From a virus: a DNA stretch of 44,346 nucleotides. The notes beneath the pieces were generated by a model. It did not search any database, was not told the DNA's origin, and worked only from the letters and a program-made list of their open reading frames with translations. Location of the stretch: the IMG/VR virus record IMGVR_UViG_3300029843_000012, one strand, 5' to 3'. Both the position numbers and the translations under genes were made by a program. This document shows, in pieces, positions 15,889 to 24,415 of this stretch (its first letter is position 1; each line of letters opens with the position of its first letter).

Positions 15889-17231
15889 GAGCGAACAAAA
15901 AGAAACCGGAAAACCCGGTACAAAAGACAGTCGAAAATTTGGGAGCCGTTCCCGCCGACCAATTCCCGGAAATTACCGAGGAACAACAAATAATCCCCCC
16001 GTTTGAAGCGGTCGAGGTTGAGCAACCAACCGGAATATTTGAGATATTGCCGGGCATGACGGTTGAGGAAATGACGGCAATGTTTTTTGATGAAAAAACG
16101 TTGATTGAACCCCCGTACAAGGTTTGGCAATTGAATAGCAAGGGACACCGTTATTATTACCGATACGACGACAACGGAAACCCGGAGTTTTTCCCGTCGG
16201 TTACAACGATATTGTCCCAAACGTTACCCAAAGCTCCGCACTTGATACAATGGATTGCAAGCAAAGGAATTGAGGAAGCGGAACGATACAAAGGCGAACG
16301 GGCGGCGTATGGTACATTCATGCACGCCGCATTTGAGGAATTATTAATTAACCGGGCTTATGATTTGGACGGGTTGAAAGGGAAACTTAAAGAATATATT
16401 GAGGTTTACCGATTGCCGGATGATTTCATTTATTACGCCGATGATTTGAAAAAAGATGTATTGGCTTTTGCTCAATTTGTGTTGGATTACGATGTACGCC
16501 CGTTGGCGGTTGAAATTGCTTTAGTGCATCCGCATTACAAGTATGCCGGGATGATTGATTGCCCGTGTACGATGTTATCGAAGATTGGCGGCAACGAACG
16601 TATTAACGCAATAGTGGATTTCAAAAGCGGACGTAAAGGATTTTACGAGGAAAGCGAAATACAATTAGGAATGTACCGGGATATGTGGAACGTTAATTTT
16701 GAGCAATTCCCCGTTACCCGTATTTTCAATTTCAGCCCGAAAGATTGGCGCAAACGTCCAACGTATAATTTGAAAGAGCAAACCGAAAGCCCTAATATTC
16801 GTAAAATCCCTTATCTGTTAGAGATTGCAGCGATTGAAGACGAAAAGAAAGATAATACATTTACGTCGGTTAATGGTATGGTATTGTTAGATAACGCACC
16901 GGATTTGTCGCAAAACGTAATATCCTTATCGTTGGCGGAATTGATTAAGACGAAAGTCCCTAAAGAACAAACCCCGGACGAAAAAACGGATGCCGCCGAA
17001 AAAGTCAAGGCGGACGCACCGGAACCGACCCCGGAACCGGAGATTAAGAAAGCGAAGATTGTTAAACGTTCCGGTAAAACGACAAAGGAGGTGCAAAAGA
17101 AAGCCACCAAGAACAAAACGGCAGCAAAGCGGGATAACGCACCAGAAAAGAAAGTAAAGCCTGCAAATGAGCCTAAAAAGCCAAAAAACGAGAGTAGAAA
17201 AAAGATGTTGAACGACGACCCCGAAATATAA
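15885..17231 (+). CDS. PD-(D/E)XK (RecB/Cas4-like) nuclease with a Lys-rich C-terminal tail
   Basis: Motifs GTFMHAAFE, YAGMIDCPC, AIVDFKSG (D...D-x-K) and QLGMY (QxxxY). The C-terminal ~90 aa are low-complexity K/P/E-rich and end in LNDDPEI. Confidence 0.7.
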   Translation: MRANKKKPENPVQKTVENLGAVPADQFPEITEEQQIIPPFEAVEVEQPTGIFEILPGMTVEEMTAMFFDEKTLIEPPYKVWQLNSKGHRYYYRYDDNGNPEFFPSVTTILSQTLPKAPHLIQWIASKGIEEAERYKGERAAYGTFMHAAFEELLINRAYDLDGLKGKLKEYIEVYRLPDDFIYYADDLKKDVLAFAQFVLDYDVRPLAVEIALVHPHYKYAGMIDCPCTMLSKIGGNERINAIVDFKSGRKGFYEESEIQLGMYRDMWNVNFEQFPVTRIFNFSPKDWRKRPTYNLKEQTESPNIRKIPYLLEIAAIEDEKKDNTFTSVNGMVLLDNAPDLSQNVISLSLAELIKTKVPKEQTPDEKTDAAEKVKADAPEPTPEPEIKKAKIVKRSGKTTKEVQKKATKNKTAAKRDNAPEKKVKPANEPKKPKNESRKKMLNDDPEI

Positions 17232-17238
17232 TTGAGTT

Positions 17239-17952
17239 ATGAAAGGAAGAATAAAACGACCGGAGGCGCAACAATCCCGTTTGATATTGCCCCGTGTAGG
17301 TCAAATAAAAATAGGCATGAAAAACGCCAACGGGTACCCGCAAAGCGTTGATTATTTCATACCAACGGGAAAGTATGCCGGGTTATTTACACAGGCATAC
17401 GGCGAAAAGCCGCAAACCATACAAATTGTTTTCCCGGACGACGACCCGGCAAAAGTATGTAACGAGCGTTACGAATACCGGGACGACGACGGGCGATTAA
17501 TTGCGGCGGGCGATGGCGACACGTTCCAAGTATGGGACGGAAAAAAATACGAAACGTTGACAACGGAAAAATACCCAAATTTAATGCAGTCAATAACGAA
17601 GCGTTACCCAAATAAAAAGAGCCGCCAACCCGATTGCGACGGTTGGGAGGTAACATTAACGCTAAACTTTATTGTTCCGTTGGTTCGTGGGGTCGCCGGG
17701 GTTTGGCAATTTGCTACAAAGGGCACGGCGTCCACAATTCCGCAAATCCGGGAAACGTTCGACGGTATGTTAGAGGAACGGGGATTTTGCAAAGGCATTA
17801 TCTTTGATTTGAACGTACAATTTGCCACAACTCAAAAACCGGGAGACCGTTCCCGATTTCCTGTTGTCTCATTGGTTCCTAATGAAAGTGCGGATAATGT
17901 TTTGAAAGTGCGCAAAGCGTGGGAACCTGCAAAGCAATTGGATAATGAATAA
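17239..17952 (+). CDS. Hypothetical protein; possible recombination partner of the upstream nuclease, from position only
   Basis: 237-aa ORF 7 nt after the nuclease stop. No motif recognised. Confidence 0.7.
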   Translation: MKGRIKRPEAQQSRLILPRVGQIKIGMKNANGYPQSVDYFIPTGKYAGLFTQAYGEKPQTIQIVFPDDDPAKVCNERYEYRDDDGRLIAAGDGDTFQVWDGKKYETLTTEKYPNLMQSITKRYPNKKSRQPDCDGWEVTLTLNFIVPLVRGVAGVWQFATKGTASTIPQIRETFDGMLEERGFCKGIIFDLNVQFATTQKPGDRSRFPVVSLVPNESADNVLKVRKAWEPAKQLDNE

Positions 17953-17959
17953 AAAATGC

Positions 17960-17967
17960 TATATTTG
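17960..17967 (+). promoter_or_regulatory. -7 promoter-like box TATATTTG
   Basis: It matches TAnnTTTG and lies just after the stop of gene 17239..17952. The -33 box is weak. Confidence 0.35.
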
Positions 17968-18048
17968 CGTCGATAAAACAAACGACTACCACCGTTTGCA
18001 AAGTATTGCTAATTTATTTAGCGCAAAGCCCGTTTTCCGGTGTGTGGT

Positions 18049-18068
18049 AGCCCGGATTGCGGGCTTTT
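18049..18068 (+). terminator. Hairpin AGCCCG-GATTG-CGGGCT followed by TTT, 12 nt before ATG 18080
   Basis: 6-bp stem plus a T-run. An alternative pairing is available: AAAGCCCG (18025-18032) with CGGGCTTT (18060-18067). Confidence 0.4.
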
Positions 18069-18079
18069 ATATTTTAATT

Positions 18080-18337
18080 ATGGATTTTATTGTAAAAAAC
18101 AAATGGATTAACGAATTGCATTTGAAAGGTAATAAGTTAATGTTGTATGCAATGATACACGCTTATTGTGTTAGATATGGCGAGTATTCAAAGGGTATTT
18201 TGTATTTATCCAAATGTTTAGGGATAAACAAAAGCACTGTAATTGATTGCCTTAAATGGTTATGCAAAAAAGGATTATTAATAAAATCAGTTCAGCCCGT
18301 AGCGGAACCGGATGTTTATAAAATATCAATATTATGA
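18080..18337 (+). CDS. Winged-helix DNA-binding protein (replication-module regulator or organizer N-terminal-like domain)
   Basis: MDFIVKNKWINELHLKGNKLMLYAMIHAYC...LSKCLGINKSTVIDCLKWLCKKGLLIK reads as HTH plus wing. The ORF is also open from 17945, which is an alternative start. Confidence 0.55.
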   Translation: MDFIVKNKWINELHLKGNKLMLYAMIHAYCVRYGEYSKGILYLSKCLGINKSTVIDCLKWLCKKGLLIKSVQPVAEPDVYKISIL

Positions 18338-19203
18338 AATACACGATATTAATAAACCAATATGCCGCCGTTAATAGCGGTTTGGATTTAGATTTAATAG
18401 ATTTGGCGATTTTTGATTTTATAAAAGATTTCGCCAATTGTGCAAGTTGCGTTAAGATACACACCCCGGAGGGAATATATTTTTGGATTTCCCACAAGTT
18501 AATATTGGAAGCAATGCCGTTATTGAATATAAAGACAAGTCAAGGCATGATAAAGCGTATTGATAATTTGATTAAAGCCGGAATTTTACAAAAACATCCT
18601 AATTGCGAATTGTATAACAAAACTCTGTATTGTTTTGGTGAAAATTATGAGTTACTAACATTTACCGAAAAGGCATCAAGGATATTAACCGGAGTTGATA
18701 CCCCTAAACAAAAGTTGATGCCCCCCATAAACGAAAGTTTAGGGGTACCCATAAACGAAAGTTTAGGGTATAATAGTAATAATATAGATAATACAATAAA
18801 TGATAATGAGAATACCCCCAACAACAATGTTGTCGGGGAATTATTCCCGGAAAAACAAAAGGTTGAGGAACCAAAGGATAAAAAAGCATTGTTCCGCAAT
18901 TCCGAAGTTTATAAGATGGTTAAGTTTGAAAACGGCATTGGCGTGGATTATTCCGAATTTGAAAGAAAGTTTGCGACCCCGGAATTTGAAAGGGTTGATT
19001 TGGTTTATTATTTCCATTCTGTTAGTGATTGGAGCGACCAAAAGAATATGAAGCGCACAAAAAACGGTTGGTTGGCAACCGTCCGTAATTTCATACGAGG
19101 CGACGTTGAAAGAAAAAAGTTACATTTGAAACCCGAATATAAGAAGCCGACGGAACGTTTAAATGTTGCCGGGGCTATTGAGTATTTGAAAGACGATTAT
19201 TAG
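18334..19203 (+). CDS. Replisome-organizer or replication-initiator-like protein with internal iterons
   Basis: 289 aa. An N-terminal DNA-binding-like region (LDLIDLAIFDFIKDF...MIKRIDNLIKAGIL) is followed by a repeat and low-complexity linker (PPINESLGVPINESLGYNSNNIDNTINDNENTPNNN), then a C-terminal domain. Confidence 0.5.
   Translation: MKYTILINQYAAVNSGLDLDLIDLAIFDFIKDFANCASCVKIHTPEGIYFWISHKLILEAMPLLNIKTSQGMIKRIDNLIKAGILQKHPNCELYNKTLYCFGENYELLTFTEKASRILTGVDTPKQKLMPPINESLGVPINESLGYNSNNIDNTINDNENTPNNNVVGELFPEKQKVEEPKDKKALFRNSEVYKMVKFENGIGVDYSEFERKFATPEFERVDLVYYFHSVSDWSDQKNMKRTKNGWLATVRNFIRGDVERKKLHLKPEYKKPTERLNVAGAIEYLKDDY
18724..18768 (+). repeat. Tandem 21-nt direct repeats (period 24 nt); candidate origin iterons
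   Basis: CCCATAAACGAAAGTTTAGGG occurs at 18724-18744 and at 18748-18768. A related CCCTAAAC-AAAAGTT lies at 18702. An AT-rich stretch follows. Confidence 0.6.
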
Positions 19204-19204
19204 T

Positions 19205-20146
19205 ATGGAAACATTGCCCGAAAAGAAAAACAATTTGCCCGTTGCCCGTGAAAATGCCGTTGCAATCCTTTATAGCGGTACGGCAAAAGCAATCGACGTG
19301 CGCCGGGCTATGGTTGAATTGCCGGAGGTTGCCAAGGCGTTAACGACGGTTGAAAAGTACATTTTTGCAGCGTCCACGAAAAAACAGATTGCCGAGATAG
19401 ACGACGAAACGTTGATTGCGAAAACCGGGCAAATGTTCCGGTTCATTGCAATGGACGTGGGGTTTATCATTCCGGCGGAACAAAACGATTGGGCGTACAT
19501 TTGTACACGGTTGTTGGATTTGCTTAAAAGGTATTATTCGCAATTAACCTTATCGGAAATTAAGTTATCATTTGAATTGCTAATAACCGGGGAATTGGAC
19601 GAATTTTTGCCGAAAGATAGGGACGGCAACGCCGAACGCAAACATTATCAGCAATTCAACGCCGATTATTTCGCCCGTGTTCTTAACGCTTATATGCGAA
19701 AACAAAATCAAGTTGTTGGGAAAGCATACACGGCGTTACCAAAGCCCAAACAGGGGTTAAGCCCGGAGCAAAAGAGGTATTACAACAACCAATCGGTTAC
19801 GACCTGTTTAATGTGCTTTTTGCGCTACAAATATACCGGGCGTTTAGTCTTTGGATTAACCGACGAAATGTTTGTATATAAGTGGTTGTTAAATGTAGGG
19901 TTAGCAGACGAAGTACAAGAAACCGACGCAGACCGACGGGAAGCATACCAACGTTTTTTAGCCCGTGCCGCACGTGGGTTAGTAAATGAATACACGGTTT
20001 ATCATGTTCGTAAACAAGGCAAGGAAAGCCCGGAAATAGATTACACGGTTTTTGAAGTTGCCCGGCGAAAGGAGATACAACGAGCATTTGACCGTATGAT
20101 TGAGAAAGAAATTTATGTGTATAATTATTTGAGATTTGAAAAATGA
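19205..20146 (+). CDS. Hypothetical protein (313 aa) in the replication module
   Basis: The ORF starts 2 nt after the upstream stop. No motif recognised. Confidence 0.75.
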   Translation: METLPEKKNNLPVARENAVAILYSGTAKAIDVRRAMVELPEVAKALTTVEKYIFAASTKKQIAEIDDETLIAKTGQMFRFIAMDVGFIIPAEQNDWAYICTRLLDLLKRYYSQLTLSEIKLSFELLITGELDEFLPKDRDGNAERKHYQQFNADYFARVLNAYMRKQNQVVGKAYTALPKPKQGLSPEQKRYYNNQSVTTCLMCFLRYKYTGRLVFGLTDEMFVYKWLLNVGLADEVQETDADRREAYQRFLARAARGLVNEYTVYHVRKQGKESPEIDYTVFEVARRKEIQRAFDRMIEKEIYVYNYLRFEK

Positions 20147-20697
20147 AGATTGATTGTATTATTGGAATAGACCCCGGAGCCGCCGGGGGAATTGTGGTTT
20201 GGCGACCCAACCACAATATAACCGCAATTAAGATGCCTAAAGATATTAACGATATTAGGGATTATCTTAATTATATCAAGGGTATTGCAAACCCGATTAT
20301 CTTTTTGGAAAAATTGAGCGTTCGCCCGGACGACGTAACGGTTGGGGATGCCGGGGCAAATATGGGTAAATTGTACCGCATTCAAAAGATGTTGCAAAAC
20401 TTTGAGCATTTGAAAGCTATTATAACCGTCGCCGAAATACCATTTGTTTTGGTTAATGCCATGAAGTGGCAAAACGACCTTAAATTGCGTATCAAAGTAA
20501 AAGGGAAAAAGGAGGAAAAGGCAGACCGCAAACGACGGTTCCGGGATATTGCCGGGAAATTATACCCGGAAATTACCCCGGCGTTGTGGAATGCGGACGC
20601 AACGTTAATAATGCACTTTGGACGGTTCATTTTACAAAACAACCCCCGTTGGGTTTTGGAAAATTTGCCCCAACAAATGCACAACCGTTTATTTTAA
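20143..20697 (+). CDS. RuvC-like Holliday junction resolvase
   Basis: MKIDCIIGIDPGAAGG supplies the catalytic Asp motif, IIFLEKLS the Glu, and NADATLIMHFG a DxxD-like motif. Confidence 0.7.
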   Translation: MKIDCIIGIDPGAAGGIVVWRPNHNITAIKMPKDINDIRDYLNYIKGIANPIIFLEKLSVRPDDVTVGDAGANMGKLYRIQKMLQNFEHLKAIITVAEIPFVLVNAMKWQNDLKLRIKVKGKKEEKADRKRRFRDIAGKLYPEITPALWNADATLIMHFGRFILQNNPRWVLENLPQQMHNRLF

Positions 20698-20723
20698 ACC
20701 CGTAGGGGCGTTTAATTATTCAA

Positions 20724-20945
20724 ATGGTTACTTGTATGGCAGACGAAACAAAAGTCCCGCAAATCGAAAATCCCGAAAAAATAACGGCAAAAGATTTGGC
20801 GGAAATGGTAAAACAGATGCGGCACAACCAACGACGTTGTCAACGGAACCCAACCCCGGAAAAATTGGCAACGTTGGAAAGTTGGGAACGCAAAGTTGAT
20901 GCGGTCGTTGCTGTATTGACCGATACACAAATGAAATTGTTTTGA
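20724..20945 (+). CDS. Hypothetical protein (73 aa)
   Basis: ORF in the gene train. An alternative ATG lies at 20736. Confidence 0.6.
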   Translation: MVTCMADETKVPQIENPEKITAKDLAEMVKQMRHNQRRCQRNPTPEKLATLESWERKVDAVVAVLTDTQMKLF

Positions 20946-20947
20946 TA

Positions 20948-21139
20948 ATGGACGAAATGGATTATATCTATTTAGGCGACCGATTGACCCGCCCGGAATT
21001 GCGACGTATGCCGTGCCGGGCGGTTCGTCGTTCTGATGGAAAATGTATAAGAGGGCGCAACGGCAATATGTTAGTTGAGTTTGACGGCGTGGGTAAATGT
21101 GTTATTATAGGGCGTTTATTGCGGAAAATAAAAAAATAA
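20948..21139 (+). CDS. Hypothetical protein (63 aa)
   Basis: The ATG lies 3 nt after the upstream stop. The ORF track begins at TTG 20942. Confidence 0.55.
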   Translation: MDEMDYIYLGDRLTRPELRRMPCRAVRRSDGKCIRGRNGNMLVEFDGVGKCVIIGRLLRKIKK

Positions 21140-21160
21140 CCGAAAATAAAAAATAAAAGT

Positions 21161-21191
21161 TTTGGTATACCCATTATTTTACATATATTTG
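21161..21191 (+). promoter_or_regulatory. Bacteroidota sigma-A-type promoter (TTTG-N19-TATATTTG)
   Basis: TTTGGTATA is at 21161 and TATATTTG at 21184-21191. The ATG at 21196 is only 5 nt downstream, so the mRNA would be nearly leaderless. Confidence 0.5.
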
Positions 21192-21195
21192 CGGC

Positions 21196-21678
21196 ATGAA
21201 AAAAGGTAAATACTTAATAGAATATGATTGTTACGTTGCTGAAAATGGCAATATAACGCAAAATGATAAGGAAATAAAGCCTTATTTGAACGGTGGCTAT
21301 ATGACTGTAAAATTAAAAATCAATGGTTTAAAAGTTATGCGGGTTCATAGATTGGTTGCTTTGGCGTTCATTCCCAACCCGGACAATAAACCATGTGTTG
21401 ACCATATCGACGGGAATAAATTAAATAATCATGTTAATAATTTACGTTGGTGTACTATTGGCGAGAACCTAAAATTTGAGAACGTTAAACGTGTATCAAA
21501 ATTATATCCCGTTAAACGTATTGATAAATTAGGTAATATTGTATGTTTTGATAATATTTTAGATGCGTGTGTTTTTCCTTGGCAAAAGTATGTAATATTA
21601 CAGGTATGTAACGGGAAAAGAAAAACATACAACGGTTATAAATGGGAACATAACGACCCGGCGATTTCCGGGAAATAA
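21196..21678 (+). CDS. HNH homing endonuclease (HNH_3-like), paralog 2
   Basis: HRLVALAFIPNPDNKPCVDHIDGNKLNNHVNNLRWCTIGEN. The N-terminus has diverged from NUMOD4. Confidence 0.8.
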   Translation: MKKGKYLIEYDCYVAENGNITQNDKEIKPYLNGGYMTVKLKINGLKVMRVHRLVALAFIPNPDNKPCVDHIDGNKLNNHVNNLRWCTIGENLKFENVKRVSKLYPVKRIDKLGNIVCFDNILDACVFPWQKYVILQVCNGKRKTYNGYKWEHNDPAISGK

Positions 21679-21694
21679 ATAAATTTAAAGAGCG

Positions 21695-23140
21695 ATGTAT
21701 ATTAAGAAATTGGAATTGTTGAATTTTCAAGTTATCAAAGAGTTCAACGCAGATTTTGAGGGTAATGTATATTTCATTACCGGGGACAATGAGTTAGGCA
21801 AATCAACCCTTTTAAAAGCAATCGGCGCAATGTTGACCGGGAACCGGGACGCCGTGTTGAAAAATGGCGAGGACAAAGGATTTGCAAAAATGGTTGTAGG
21901 TAACGACGGCGAAAATTACGAGGTCGAATTAAAGTTTACCAAAGCCAACCCACGTGGGACGTTATCCATTAAATCCCAAACAACCGGGATGCGTTCGGAT
22001 AACGTTTCTATGCTGCAAAAGATTTTCGGCTACCAAGACTTTGACGCCGTGGAGTTTTCCCGTTGGAGTGAAACCGCCGAGGGACGCCGCAAACAAATTG
22101 AGGTTGTAAAGGCTTTGTTGCCGGAAAAGGTGCGCACCCGTATTGCAGAAATTGACGCCGAGGTTACGACCGTTAAGGATAAACGAAAAGACGCCAACAC
22201 CGAGGTTAAGACATATACAACCATTTGCGCTAACGCTGAAAAGCAATTGAAGCCGGGCGACGTCAAAACGTATGCCGATAAAAAGGACATTACGGCGTTA
22301 ATGGAGGAACAAAACGAAAATGCCCGGTTGATTGAGAAAGCGAAAACGGTACGCCAAACCCGGCAACAAAGGGTTGAACAATTGGCGGCAATCCCCGGAC
22401 GTATTAAAACCGCCAACGACAACCACGACAAATCCGTTGCGATTATTGATACCAATTTAGCGAATGAAGAAAAAGAGGTTGCCCGCATTATCGCCGAGGC
22501 GCAAAAACGGTTAGAGGACGCCAAAAAAGAGGCGAAAACGTCCCGTAAAAACGTCGATGCCGAATTAAAGGAAATATTGGCAACCATTGAGGCGGAAAAA
22601 GCCGATTTTGAAAAGCGAAAAGCGAATGCCGACAAATGGTTAGAGGAATACGAAGCCAATAACCCGGAACAATTAGACACGGCGGAACAACTGAAAAAAG
22701 CCGAGGAACACAACCGTATCAATGCGTTGGTTGTGGATTATATGGCAAAGAAGAAACAAAAGGAAGCCGCCGAGAAAACCGCCCGCACGTTTGAGGACAA
22801 ATTAGGCGCATTGGCAAAGGAACGGGAAACACTTATTGCAACATCCAAATTGCCGATTGCCGGGCTTTCGTTCACGGACGACGGGTTAGAATTAAACGGC
22901 GTGCCGTTCGTTGCCGGGAAAGTGTCAGATAGTCAAATTATGGAGGTTGCCGCCAAACTGATTATCGCAAGCAATCCGACGGTTAAAGTGTTCCGCATTG
23001 CAAGGGGCGAAAGTTTGGGCGAAAAGCGATTGCAAGCGATTATTGATATTGCCAAGGCGAACGGGTTCCAAGGCTTTATTGAGGAAGTGAAACGGGGACA
23101 AACCGATTTAGTAGTTGAGGAATACACGGAAAACGAATAA
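21695..23140 (+). CDS. SMC/RecF/SbcC-like ATPase with a coiled-coil insert
   Basis: The N-terminus MYIKKLELLNFQVIKEF...FITGDNELGKSTLLKAIG carries a Walker A motif. A long E/K/A-rich coiled coil follows, then a C-terminal globular part. Confidence 0.7.
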   Translation: MYIKKLELLNFQVIKEFNADFEGNVYFITGDNELGKSTLLKAIGAMLTGNRDAVLKNGEDKGFAKMVVGNDGENYEVELKFTKANPRGTLSIKSQTTGMRSDNVSMLQKIFGYQDFDAVEFSRWSETAEGRRKQIEVVKALLPEKVRTRIAEIDAEVTTVKDKRKDANTEVKTYTTICANAEKQLKPGDVKTYADKKDITALMEEQNENARLIEKAKTVRQTRQQRVEQLAAIPGRIKTANDNHDKSVAIIDTNLANEEKEVARIIAEAQKRLEDAKKEAKTSRKNVDAELKEILATIEAEKADFEKRKANADKWLEEYEANNPEQLDTAEQLKKAEEHNRINALVVDYMAKKKQKEAAEKTARTFEDKLGALAKERETLIATSKLPIAGLSFTDDGLELNGVPFVAGKVSDSQIMEVAAKLIIASNPTVKVFRIARGESLGEKRLQAIIDIAKANGFQGFIEEVKRGQTDLVVEEYTENE

Positions 23141-23146
23141 TAACCG

Positions 23147-23166
23147 GGGGCGGGCTTTCCGTCCCC
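23147..23166 (+). terminator. GC hairpin (GGGGCGG-GCTTT-CCG(T)CCCC) after the ATPase gene
   Basis: 7-bp stem with one bulge, 7 nt after the stop. Confidence 0.5.
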
Positions 23167-23181
23167 TTAAAATCTAAAACA

Positions 23182-24402
23182 ATGGCATATACATTGAACG
23201 ATAATTTGAAACGTTGGGCGGAACAATACGAAACCGCCGAGTTTATCCAATCCGACCCGGTGCAAATCCCGCACCGTTACGATAGCCGGGTAAATATAGA
23301 GATTAGCGCATTTGTTACGGCGTGGATTGCGTGGGGTTCCCGCAAACAGATAATCCAAAAGGCGGATTTTATCGACCGGGAAATTTTTAAGGGCGAACCA
23401 TATCATTATATTATGGGAAATATCGTTTTTAATTCCCGATTTTCACCGGATTACGACCCAAACGCAACAATAAAGGGGAAATCCGAGACTATCGGTTGTT
23501 ATGATGTCCCACAATGGAAGCAATACAAAGGCAGTAAAGAGAATTTTTATAGAACGTTTACATACGCCGATTTTCACGACCTTTGCGCCCGCTTGTTTGA
23601 CGTATATAGTAAGTTTGAGAACATGGAAAAGGCATTGCAAGCGCAACCGGGCGGGCGTCCATTGGAGCAATTACAACGTCTTTTCGGCGATGTTAAGGGC
23701 GTGCCGGATATGGAAACGAAAAGCGGTTGCAAACGCTTATGTATGTTTTTGCGTTGGATGTGTCGCCACGGTTCCCCGGTTGACTTTGGATTGTGGACGA
23801 TTTGCGACCCCCGTAATTTGATTATTCCATTAGATACCCACGTACATAAACAGGCATTGCGGTTGGGGCTTGTAAAACGCCGGACGCCGGATTTGCAAAC
23901 AGCCATTGAGATAACCGACCGTTTCGCCGAGATATTCCCGGACGACCCAACAAAGGGCGATTTTGCGTTATTCGGCTATGGAGTTAATAGCGGTAAAGTA
24001 AAACCCGTTACAGGAAAGCCGGAGCCGGGAAAAGATAATGTAACCGCCGTGGCTGATTTGAGTATTGCCGACGTTTTGAAAATGAATTTGTTTTTTGATA
24101 ATCTGAAAACCTTGTTATCTGATTTGTGGAAAGACAGGGAAAACGCACGTCAAAAAGCAATACGGGATAACATGAAGTTGCGGGCGCACGTAATAGACCG
24201 GATGCACAACGCCGGAAATTGGGAACCGGGTAATTTTACCGTTATATTTGCCCGTTGTTTGGATAAGGTATTAACCGGATATTCAGCAAGCGAAAGAGAT
24301 TTTATTAGAGCAACCGGAATGACTGCTTTTAAGAAAACGATGGAAAAACTTATTGCCGATGAAAAAACGAGAAATAACAGCGACGGGGACAATAAACAAT
24401 AA
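23182..24402 (+). CDS. DUF2400/TIGR02757-like protein (HhH-GPD-related fold) with a C-terminal extension of about 135 aa
   Basis: The N-terminal ~270 aa recall the DUF2400 pattern (FIQSDPVQIPHRY, EISAFVTAWIAWGSRKQI, LIIPLDTHVHKQALRLGL). This assignment comes from memory of the family, not from a search. Confidence 0.5.
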   Translation: MAYTLNDNLKRWAEQYETAEFIQSDPVQIPHRYDSRVNIEISAFVTAWIAWGSRKQIIQKADFIDREIFKGEPYHYIMGNIVFNSRFSPDYDPNATIKGKSETIGCYDVPQWKQYKGSKENFYRTFTYADFHDLCARLFDVYSKFENMEKALQAQPGGRPLEQLQRLFGDVKGVPDMETKSGCKRLCMFLRWMCRHGSPVDFGLWTICDPRNLIIPLDTHVHKQALRLGLVKRRTPDLQTAIEITDRFAEIFPDDPTKGDFALFGYGVNSGKVKPVTGKPEPGKDNVTAVADLSIADVLKMNLFFDNLKTLLSDLWKDRENARQKAIRDNMKLRAHVIDRMHNAGNWEPGNFTVIFARCLDKVLTGYSASERDFIRATGMTAFKKTMEKLIADEKTRNNSDGDNKQ

Positions 24403-24415
24403 CGGCGGGTTGGCA

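Noticed and set aside
18724-18768. Tandem repeats considered as a CRISPR-like or minisatellite array
   Set aside because: There are only two perfect copies and one degenerate copy, with a 3-nt spacer, inside a coding frame. They are better explained as iterons or a peptide repeat.
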